Source: a virus
Direction: 5' to 3' (one strand)
Virus record (IMG/VR): IMGVR_UViG_3300025000_000041
DNA: 39,671 nt
The translations under genes and the position numbers were made by a program. The notes beneath the pieces are model-generated. The model did not search any database. It saw only the letters and a program-made list of their open reading frames with translations, and was not told the DNA's origin. Positions within the stretch are counted from its first letter, which is position 1, and the number at the start of each line of letters is the position of its first letter. Positions 24,706 to 31,061 of this stretch are shown one piece after another.

Positions 24706-25884
24706 ATGGACAACCTCGGCATCGTCAACTCCTGGCTCACGGTGTTTCGTGATTGCGTCAAGGACGGCAAGTTCGATTTCACGCGCTGGGAGGAGCATTG
24801 CCGCGAGAGTGCCAACGCGGGAGCCAATGGCGTTCGCATCCTAAGTTACGCGCCGTGGGACGTCAGGCCGCAGGAACTCTACTGCCCCTATGCCTATGAC
24901 GTAGTGCAGGGCGCGTGGAATCTGGACGTCTGGCATAACAGTTATTTCGAGACCCTGAGCCGCATGGTGACGATAGCCAAGGCCTACAATCTCAAGGTGT
25001 GGTTCAGTCTTTTCGATAACTGCCAATTCCATCATGGCACGGTCGCCCCTTGGTCGCTGAACGTACAGGACAAGGATAGTTACTACACCGATCTGCCGCG
25101 GTCACTGAAATTCGTTGATAAGGTGAACGGTATCCTCGGCAATGATGTGGGATATGAGATCGTCAACGAGGGCGAGCCGAAGGGCGATATGAAAAAGGCC
25201 GTCAACTGGTATGTCGCCATTTATGAACGGCTGATGGCGCTCGGAGTGCCGGAGCAAAACATCTGCTGGGGCGCGTCACCTCATGCCAAGTATGAGAATG
25301 GCGTTTGGGAGGACGACAGGCCGCGCAACCTACTGACGCAAGTGCTGTCAGCATTGAAGCATCTCCCCGGCAAGTTGCAATGCTACCGCTCTATGCACAA
25401 CGTCGGCGTTCCCACGGCAGAGCATCCCGCGAGTTATGCGGGGGCATGGGCGCTGTCTTGGTGGGGTGGCAATCATACCGGCAAGGCATTTTTGTCAGAC
25501 GACGGCGTGGGCAACGGAGCCTCGCCGCTGGATGAGTACAAGGGGATGCGCCGTCCATCGGGCGACCAGTGGTACAGGGTCGCCAAGGTGCTGATTGCCA
25601 ATGACGGCGGCAAGCAGGGCAAGTGGTGGCTGGAACATTGCCCCAAACGATACGAGGCAGAGGCATGGCTACCGGCTATCAGGGGCATCGTCAAGGCGTA
25701 TGCGGAGAAGTACGGATACCCGATTAATTGGGGCAAGTTCCCGAAGCCGGTTGAGCCTGCGCCGGTTGAGCCGGAACCTGTTACACCACCGCCTGCGCCG
25801 GTTCAGCCTGAAAGTGGCGTAACGTGGCAGGGCTGGCTGGTGATCCTGATCGTTCTCGTGGCACTGGCAATCGCTATATTTTAA
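24706..25884 (+). CDS. Glycoside hydrolase, clan-A TIM-barrel-like (GH5-like N-E-x-P motif), with Pro-rich linker and C-terminal transmembrane anchor
   Basis: 392 aa. GYEIVNEGEP (acid/base-type NE motif), later WWLEH as candidate nucleophile strand. PKPVEPAPVEPEPVTPPPAPVQP linker, then WLVILIVLVALAIAIF at the extreme C-terminus. No N-terminal signal. Confidence 0.5.
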   Translation: MDNLGIVNSWLTVFRDCVKDGKFDFTRWEEHCRESANAGANGVRILSYAPWDVRPQELYCPYAYDVVQGAWNLDVWHNSYFETLSRMVTIAKAYNLKVWFSLFDNCQFHHGTVAPWSLNVQDKDSYYTDLPRSLKFVDKVNGILGNDVGYEIVNEGEPKGDMKKAVNWYVAIYERLMALGVPEQNICWGASPHAKYENGVWEDDRPRNLLTQVLSALKHLPGKLQCYRSMHNVGVPTAEHPASYAGAWALSWWGGNHTGKAFLSDDGVGNGASPLDEYKGMRRPSGDQWYRVAKVLIANDGGKQGKWWLEHCPKRYEAEAWLPAIRGIVKAYAEKYGYPINWGKFPKPVEPAPVEPEPVTPPPAPVQPESGVTWQGWLVILIVLVALAIAIF

Positions 25885-25894
25885 GGAGGTCATC

Positions 25895-26230
25895 ATGGGC
25901 TTTTTTGAATTTGTCTTCGGCAAGGTGGACATCCTCGCCGTCGTGGCGTTTGTGTTCGCGACGCTGTTCATTACCTCGTTCCTGAAATCGGCGCTGCAAC
26001 GGTTCCCCCGCGTCTGCTACTGGCTCGACAATGACTTCGCCAAAGTCTGCCTGTCGTGGACCGTTGGCGCGGGCGTGTTCGTGGCGCTGCACCTGACGCT
26101 GACCGACTTCCCGATTACGCAGTCAACCGTCCTGCAGTTCGCCGTCTGGGTGCTGCTGCTCAATGGCGGCTACCGAATTATTACGGTTGTCCGCGACATG
26201 ATCCGCGACTGGAAGAACAAACAGAACTGA
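25895..26230 (+). CDS. Holin (three predicted TM segments, charged C-terminus)
   Basis: 111 aa. Hydrophobic segments ILAVVAFVFATLFITSFL, LSWTVGAGVFVALHL and LQFAVWVLLLNGGY. Ends RDMIRDWKNKQN. RBS AAGGAGG. Confidence 0.65.
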   Translation: MGFFEFVFGKVDILAVVAFVFATLFITSFLKSALQRFPRVCYWLDNDFAKVCLSWTVGAGVFVALHLTLTDFPITQSTVLQFAVWVLLLNGGYRIITVVRDMIRDWKNKQN

Positions 26231-26622
26231 TGATTCGCGCCGTCGCTGTTCTGTTGATGGTCCTCACCGGGTCGTGCTATGTGCCACAGCAAGGCCTCGA
26301 GGTCTACATCAGGGACGGCGGCGAGTTCTGGGCGGCTGCCAGGGTCGAGAAGGTGGAAGTTGTCTTTGTCGATAAGTTGCGATTTGTGGCAACTTCGCAC
26401 AACGAAAGGTGCATCGATCTGCCCTACGCCAAGTTCAAGAACCTGGTCGAGTGTAGTTTCAGACGGCGCATCCGCGACATTGTGCGCATCACCCACAACC
26501 ACCCGCCCGACGGCCACCCGGGCATTACCCCCACCGACCGGGAGTTCCTGGACGCCATGCGGTCCGATGGCTTCACCGGGCGGTTCTGCATCTACCACAA
26601 GGGAGTGATACGTGATTACTGA
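26230..26622 (+). CDS. Putative lipoprotein with JAB/MPN (RadC-like) metalloprotease-type motif
   Basis: ATG 26230 overlaps the holin stop (TGATG, sharing A 26230). N-terminus MIRAVAVLLMVLTGSC (lipobox-like). ITHNHPPDGHPGITPTD resembles H-x-H-P-x7-S/T-x2-D with one extra residue. Confidence 0.4.
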   Translation: MIRAVAVLLMVLTGSCYVPQQGLEVYIRDGGEFWAAARVEKVEVVFVDKLRFVATSHNERCIDLPYAKFKNLVECSFRRRIRDIVRITHNHPPDGHPGITPTDREFLDAMRSDGFTGRFCIYHKGVIRDY

Positions 26623-26706
26623 TAGGAGGATTTTTGTCACACGAGGAAACACAGCGAGCCGTCGAGGAAGCCCACGAAATCGCGGCGCGGTATAACGGGA
26701 GGGAGC

Positions 26707-26982
26707 ATGACAGGAAAAGAACACGCCATCCTCGAAAGGGTGGAGGACAAGGTCGACCAGCTCATGGGGTTCATGGCCACGTCCAACGAGAGGGCAAGGA
26801 ACTGTGAGCGCCGGTTCGGTGTCATTGAGGTTGAGGCCAAGGAAGCCAAGCGGCTGTCCGAGGCCAACGCCAAGGACTTCTCACGCAAACTATATCTCCT
26901 GATGGGCGGCGTCGGGTTGCTCGGTGCGCTCGCCGGCCCGTTCCTTGCGGCGCTGTTCCGCAAGCTGTTGCAGGTGATATGA
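26707..26982 (+). CDS. XhlA-like tail-anchored membrane protein (lysis-associated, tentative)
   Basis: 91 aa. N-terminal coiled coil, and a single C-terminal TM LLMGGVGLLGALAGPFLAALF. Same architecture as PBSX XhlA. Lies next to the holin. Confidence 0.4.
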   Translation: MTGKEHAILERVEDKVDQLMGFMATSNERARNCERRFGVIEVEAKEAKRLSEANAKDFSRKLYLLMGGVGLLGALAGPFLAALFRKLLQVI

Positions 26983-27845
26983 TGGAATGCGGCACAACGC
27001 GACTCGCGGTTGACATGGGAGAGGATGTTGCCGTTTTCACCCTTGGAGATATTCACGAGGGGAACGCCAACGTGGATTATACTGCGCTGAATGCTGCCGT
27101 CAAAACCATCAAGGATGAAAAACGGCAAAAGGCCGTAATCCTTACCGGGGATTTGATCGAGGCTATCACGCCCGATGACAAGCGGTGGTGTCCCACGGCT
27201 GTTTATCAGGACTATGCCCTGCGCGATCTCAAGAACCTCCCATTCATCCAAAGCAATAATGTTTGCAAGATCCTGGAGCCAATCAAGAACGACGTTGTGG
27301 CGATCCTGATAGGCAATCACGAAGAGGTTTATATCAAAAAGCACTTCGGGGACGTCTACGCTCACATTGCCGACAAGTTTCCGCACGCCATCAAATTGGG
27401 TGGCAGCGGCTTCTATCGGTTCGTTCTTGAGATAAAGGGCTGCGATCCGTTCTCATTCGACTTCTCCCTGAAGCACGGTACGGCTGGCGGCGGCAGGATG
27501 ATGGGGTATCAAATCAACAAGGCCCGGGAGACGTTTGAATTTGAAATTGCCGACTTCTGTATCATGGGCCACCTGCATAAGCTCGAAGCCAAGCGAGTGC
27601 GCTACCGGGAAATGGATCATGTCGGGCAAAACATCGTAGAGCGCAAAATGTGGTACGGGGTTAGCGGGACATTCAAGCGAACCTATGTCACCGGCAATGC
27701 CGATTGGTACGAGCAGCGGGGCAGGGAAGAGGCCGACATTGGCATGCTTGGCGCCACATTCAGCGTGACACGCCCCCATCACTCACGTCGTGGCCCACGC
27801 CCGTATCTGAAGAATACCAATTTGGAACGCATGTATTTTGATTGA
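26979..27845 (+). CDS. Calcineurin-like metallophosphoesterase
   Basis: Ordered motifs GDIHEG, GDLIE, GNHE and GHLH in a 288-aa ORF. Confidence 0.8.
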   Translation: MMECGTTRLAVDMGEDVAVFTLGDIHEGNANVDYTALNAAVKTIKDEKRQKAVILTGDLIEAITPDDKRWCPTAVYQDYALRDLKNLPFIQSNNVCKILEPIKNDVVAILIGNHEEVYIKKHFGDVYAHIADKFPHAIKLGGSGFYRFVLEIKGCDPFSFDFSLKHGTAGGGRMMGYQINKARETFEFEIADFCIMGHLHKLEAKRVRYREMDHVGQNIVERKMWYGVSGTFKRTYVTGNADWYEQRGREEADIGMLGATFSVTRPHHSRRGPRPYLKNTNLERMYFD

Positions 27846-27990
27846 TTTCGTCGCCTAGCGCCCCACCACGCCACGAAGTCGCCTCCCGCGCCCGAGATTC
27901 CCCGACCCCGCCGAGAACTCGCCCCACGGGCCAGCCAGGCCACAAATTCCCTATATCTCTGGCACGTCACGGCCCCAGTGGTACAAATCA
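27846..27990 (+). other. C-rich, G-poor non-coding stretch at the end of the late gene block (possible Rho-utilisation/terminator region)
   Basis: No + strand ORF. Runs such as CGCCCCACCACGCCACG, CGCCTCCCGCGCCCGAG, TTCCCCGACCCCGCCGAG and CTCGCCCCAC. Lies between the last late gene and the early promoters. Confidence 0.3.
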
Positions 27991-28008
27991 GGCGATAAAT
28001 CGTAAAGG

Positions 28009-28037
28009 TTGACAATGGTGTTAGCAGATAATATTTT
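28009..28037 (+). promoter_or_regulatory. Sigma70-type promoter candidate (upstream of tandem pair)
   Basis: TTGACA 28009-28014, 17-nt spacer, TATTTT 28032-28037. Confidence 0.45.
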
Positions 28038-28045
28038 TTTAGGTG

Positions 28046-28074
28046 TTGACTTTTTGAAAATGTAATACTAAAAT
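28046..28074 (+). promoter_or_regulatory. Sigma70-type promoter; predicted start coincides with ATG 28081 (leaderless)
   Basis: TTGACT 28046-28051, 17-nt spacer, TAAAAT 28069-28074, then 6 nt (AATGGC) and ATG 28081. No SD in between. Confidence 0.6.
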
Positions 28075-28080
28075 AATGGC

Positions 28081-28311
28081 ATGGAAATAAAACAACTTTT
28101 GGCAGACGTGGAGATTGAGTTGCGAAAGGCTCGCATCAAGTACAAACCATTTAACTCCACCCATGAGGGCTATGCCGTCATCAAGGAAGAGCTGGATGAG
28201 CTTTGGGATTTGGTCAAGGCCAACAAGGGCTACACTTTAACCCCGGGCATGGAAAGGGAATGTGTGCAGATTGCGGCAATGGCGATTGCGTTTGTGATGG
28301 ATTTGAGGTGA
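28081..28311 (+). CDS. Small all-alpha protein, MazG-like NTP-pyrophosphohydrolase superfamily (tentative)
   Basis: 76 aa. STHEGYAVIKEELDELWDLVK resembles the H-E-G-x-A-x-x-x-E-E-x-D-E-L-W motif seen in phage MazG-like/dNTP pyrophosphohydrolase N-terminal domains. Confidence 0.4.
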   Translation: MEIKQLLADVEIELRKARIKYKPFNSTHEGYAVIKEELDELWDLVKANKGYTLTPGMERECVQIAAMAIAFVMDLR

Positions 28312-28313
28312 GC

Positions 28314-29681
28314 ATGGATTACCAAGACTTCATTGAAAACAAATCGCACTATGGCGGCAACGATGGCTTTACGCCGTCTTTTATCCCTGATTACTTAATG
28401 GACTTCCAAAAGTTCTTAATTGATTGGTCGTGCGTTCGCGGGCGGGCCGCCATATTTGCCGACTGCGGCCTGGGCAAAACGATCATGCAGTTGGTGTGGG
28501 CTGAAAATATTGTACGCAAAACCAATAAGCGGGTTTTAATACTGACGCCTCTTGCTGTTGGATCTCAGACCGTTCGCGAGGGTGAAAAATTCGGCATTGA
28601 GGTTCATCGGTCTAAGACCGGGGATCTGCCGGGAAAAATAATTGTGGCCAATTATGAGCGGCTTCACTATTTCAAGCCAGAAGATTTCATCGCCTGCGTG
28701 TGCGATGAGTCTAGTATTCTGAAAAACTATGAGGGAAGGTACAAGGGGGAGATAACCGGGTTTATGCGCAAACTCCCGTATCGTTTACTGTGTACGGCAA
28801 CCGCCGCGCCAAATGATTATATTGAGCTCGGCACTTCATCCGAAGCAATAGGTGAACTTGGCTTTACGGATATGCTCGCCCGCTTTTTCAAGAACGACAC
28901 CAACCCTACCGTCGACACTCGCCGCCGATATCATGGCGATGTTCCGAAGTGGCGATTCAAGCATCATGCAGAGACGCCTTTTTGGAAATATATATGCTCG
29001 TGGGCGCGGGCAATTCGTAAGCCGTCGGACATTGGCTTTGAGGATGACGGATTCATTTTGCCAAAACTTACGGAAAACGATCATATCGTCCAGGTAAAAA
29101 ATCCACGCAATGGGATGCTGTTTAACCTGCCAGCTGTCGGATTGTTTGAGCAACGCCAAGAGCGTAGGTCATCCCTGACCGAAAGGTGTGAGATGGCGTC
29201 GACGCTGGCAACCGCGCACGAAAGCTCCATTTTGTGGTGCCACTTGAATGACGAAGGGGATCTGCTGGAAAAGATCACTCCCGATTCTGTCCAGGTATGC
29301 GGCCATCAGTCTGACGACGAAAAGGAAGAAAGCCTGATGGCGTTCCTGTCTGTCCAGGTAAAACGGCTGGTAACTAAACCAATGTGCGCCGGCTTCGGGT
29401 TAAACATGCAGCACTGTGCACATATGACATTTTTCCCGTCGCACAGCTACGAACAATATTATCAAAGCGTTCGCCGGTGCTGGCGTTTCGGGCAAAAGCG
29501 CGAGGTCACGGTTGACGTCGTAGCAACTGAAGGTGACGCGCAAGTAATGTCAAATCTGCAACGAAAGGCCGACGCTGCCGATGCCATGTTTTCGCGCCTG
29601 GTAGAACATATGAACTCGGCTCTTGGAATTGATAGAAATAAAAAGTTTGACAAAAAAATGGAGGTGCCGTCATGGCTGTAA
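28314..29681 (+). CDS. SNF2/DEAD-like superfamily-2 helicase (short form, no recognisable nuclease domain)
   Basis: 455 aa. Motif I ADCGLGKT, motif II CDESS, motif III CTATAAPN, C-terminal VRRCWRFGQ (motif VI-like). ATG is 3 nt after the upstream stop. Confidence 0.8.
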   Translation: MDYQDFIENKSHYGGNDGFTPSFIPDYLMDFQKFLIDWSCVRGRAAIFADCGLGKTIMQLVWAENIVRKTNKRVLILTPLAVGSQTVREGEKFGIEVHRSKTGDLPGKIIVANYERLHYFKPEDFIACVCDESSILKNYEGRYKGEITGFMRKLPYRLLCTATAAPNDYIELGTSSEAIGELGFTDMLARFFKNDTNPTVDTRRRYHGDVPKWRFKHHAETPFWKYICSWARAIRKPSDIGFEDDGFILPKLTENDHIVQVKNPRNGMLFNLPAVGLFEQRQERRSSLTERCEMASTLATAHESSILWCHLNDEGDLLEKITPDSVQVCGHQSDDEKEESLMAFLSVQVKRLVTKPMCAGFGLNMQHCAHMTFFPSHSYEQYYQSVRRCWRFGQKREVTVDVVATEGDAQVMSNLQRKADAADAMFSRLVEHMNSALGIDRNKKFDKKMEVPSWL

Positions 29682-30637
29682 AAGAACAGTTGATTACTGA
29701 TCGTTACGCGGTCTACAATGCCGATTGCATCGAGATCCTTTCCGACATGAAAGACAACTCGATCCATCTCAGTGTCTATTCCCCGCCGTTTGGTGGACTA
29801 TATCATTATTCCAGCGATGAGCGGGACCTAAGCAATAGCCGAAACTATCAGGAATTTTTCGAGCATTACGAATTTGTTGTCAGCGAGATTTCCCGGGTAA
29901 CCATGCCGGGGCGCATGACGGGGGTGCACTGCATGGACGTCCCGAGCGGAAATACCGGCAACGATTATTTGGTGGATTTCCCGGGCGACATAATCAGGCT
30001 ACACGAAAAGCACGGCTTCCGCTATGTAGCTAGGTACGCCATATGGAAGGAACCGCTGGCGGTCCGCAACCGTACAATGGCCAAAAACTTAGCGCACAAA
30101 ACTATTGTCGATGATTCTAGCCGATGCTCGGTTGCATCTGCGGATTACCTGCTGATATTCAGAAAGCGCGGCGACAATGCAATCCCGATCACTCACCCCT
30201 ATGGATTGCTGGATTATGCTGGGTCCAGGGCTATCCCGCAGGAAATACTTGGCTACCGTGGATGGACCGGGAAACAGATCGAAAACCGATACTCGCATTG
30301 GATCTGGCGGCAATACGCTTCGGCATTTTGGGACGACGTGCGCCTGGAGCGCGTACTGCCATACATAGACTCCAAGGATCCTGACGACGAAAAACACGTC
30401 CACCCCCTGCAACTCGACGTGATAGAGCGGTGTGTTATTTTGTGGAGCAATGAGGGCGAAAATGTTTTTACCCCCTTTATGGGCGTGGGGTCTGAGGTAT
30501 ATGGGGCTGTGTTGAATGGCCGGCGAGGGGTGGGAGTTGAACTGAAGCCCAGCTATTACCGCCAGGCCATATTGAACCTTGCTGATATTAAAGGCGAAAA
30601 GGTTGAAAACAAATCTTTATTTGTTGAAAAAGTATAA
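29672..30637 (+). CDS. DNA methyltransferase, N6-adenine/N4-cytosine type (beta class order)
   Basis: Catalytic SPPF (VYSPPFGG) lies N-terminal to the SAM-binding FTPFMGVGSE. 321 aa. Overlaps the helicase stop by 10 nt. Confidence 0.88.
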   Translation: MAVKEQLITDRYAVYNADCIEILSDMKDNSIHLSVYSPPFGGLYHYSSDERDLSNSRNYQEFFEHYEFVVSEISRVTMPGRMTGVHCMDVPSGNTGNDYLVDFPGDIIRLHEKHGFRYVARYAIWKEPLAVRNRTMAKNLAHKTIVDDSSRCSVASADYLLIFRKRGDNAIPITHPYGLLDYAGSRAIPQEILGYRGWTGKQIENRYSHWIWRQYASAFWDDVRLERVLPYIDSKDPDDEKHVHPLQLDVIERCVILWSNEGENVFTPFMGVGSEVYGAVLNGRRGVGVELKPSYYRQAILNLADIKGEKVENKSLFVEKV

Positions 30638-30652
30638 CAATAATGCTATTAT
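30624..30652 (+). promoter_or_regulatory. Sigma70-type promoter inside the methyltransferase 3' end; predicted start coincides with ATG 30659 (leaderless)
   Basis: TTGAAA 30624-30629, 17-nt spacer, TATTAT 30647-30652, then 6 nt (AATACC) and ATG 30659. Same geometry as the promoter at 28046. Confidence 0.55.
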
Positions 30653-30658
30653 AATACC

Positions 30659-30796
30659 ATGAGAAAACGGAACCCTGACAAAAAGCAAATGTGGGCCTTG
30701 CGCTTGGAGCCGCCGTTGCTGAAGATCATCAAGGCAAAAGGGCGCAAGGCCGCGCCGTGGGTTCGTGCGCTGATCTGGGAAGCGGTGAACAAGTGA
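30659..30796 (+). CDS. Small ribbon-helix-helix-like protein (45 aa)
   Basis: Not in the ORF track (too short). [45 protein letters not shown] has a basic N-terminus, a short beta-strand and two helices, the pattern of Arc/CopG-type proteins. Confidence 0.45.
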   Translation: MRKRNPDKKQMWALRLEPPLLKIIKAKGRKAAPWVRALIWEAVNK

Positions 30797-31044
30797 CTGT
30801 GATTTGCGTGTGCTGTGGTAGGATCAAGAGCGGTTCAGGTCAACCAATCAGCCACGGACTCTGCATACCGTGTTGGATGCTTTTTTATCCAGAAACCTTC
30901 CGCAAGGCCCTGATGAAGCCCAAGGCCACCCGCGTTGACTGCGTGTTCTGCGACCACCGGGATCTTGACGGCGATGGTGTGCCTGATGGCTGTGGTTCGC
31001 CCAAGTGTACGCATCCCGACCGCCGGGACCCGTGGGGAATATAA
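30793..31044 (+). CDS. Cys-rich zinc-ribbon-like small protein
   Basis: GTG 30793 overlaps the upstream stop (GTGA). CVCCGRIK...SHGLCIPCW plus a second cluster CVFCDH...GCGSPKCTH. Confidence 0.5.
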   Translation: MTVICVCCGRIKSGSGQPISHGLCIPCWMLFYPETFRKALMKPKATRVDCVFCDHRDLDGDGVPDGCGSPKCTHPDRRDPWGI

Positions 31045-31061
31045 TGCACAAGGAGGATACA

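Noticed and set aside
26637-27386. 249-aa minus-strand ORF overlapping the XhlA-like and metallophosphoesterase genes
   Set aside because: The + strand frame contains the ordered phosphoesterase motifs GDIHEG, GDLIE and GNHE, and a coupled upstream gene. The antisense product has no recognisable features.
27846-28080. tRNA or other structured RNA gene in the large non-coding gaps (also 863-1055)
   Set aside because: I could find no cloverleaf-compatible arms, T-loop (GTTCRANYC-like) or anticodon-stem pattern. The tracts are either C-rich and unstructured or A/T-rich.
28046-28083. Leaderless starts taken as a hint of an archaeal virus
   Set aside because: The upstream elements match bacterial -35/-10 hexamers with 17-nt spacing much better than a TATA/BRE at -26. 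The genome also encodes peptidoglycan-directed enzymes (SLT, M15-like), a lipobox protein and abundant GGAGG RBSs, all pointing to a bacterial and probably diderm host.
28314-30637. Helicase plus methyltransferase read as a type III restriction-modification system
   Set aside because: The helicase is only 455 aa and I can see no PD-(D/E)xK or other nuclease motif after the helicase core. Without a nuclease it cannot be called an R-M system from sequence alone. The question is kept as open in the findings.
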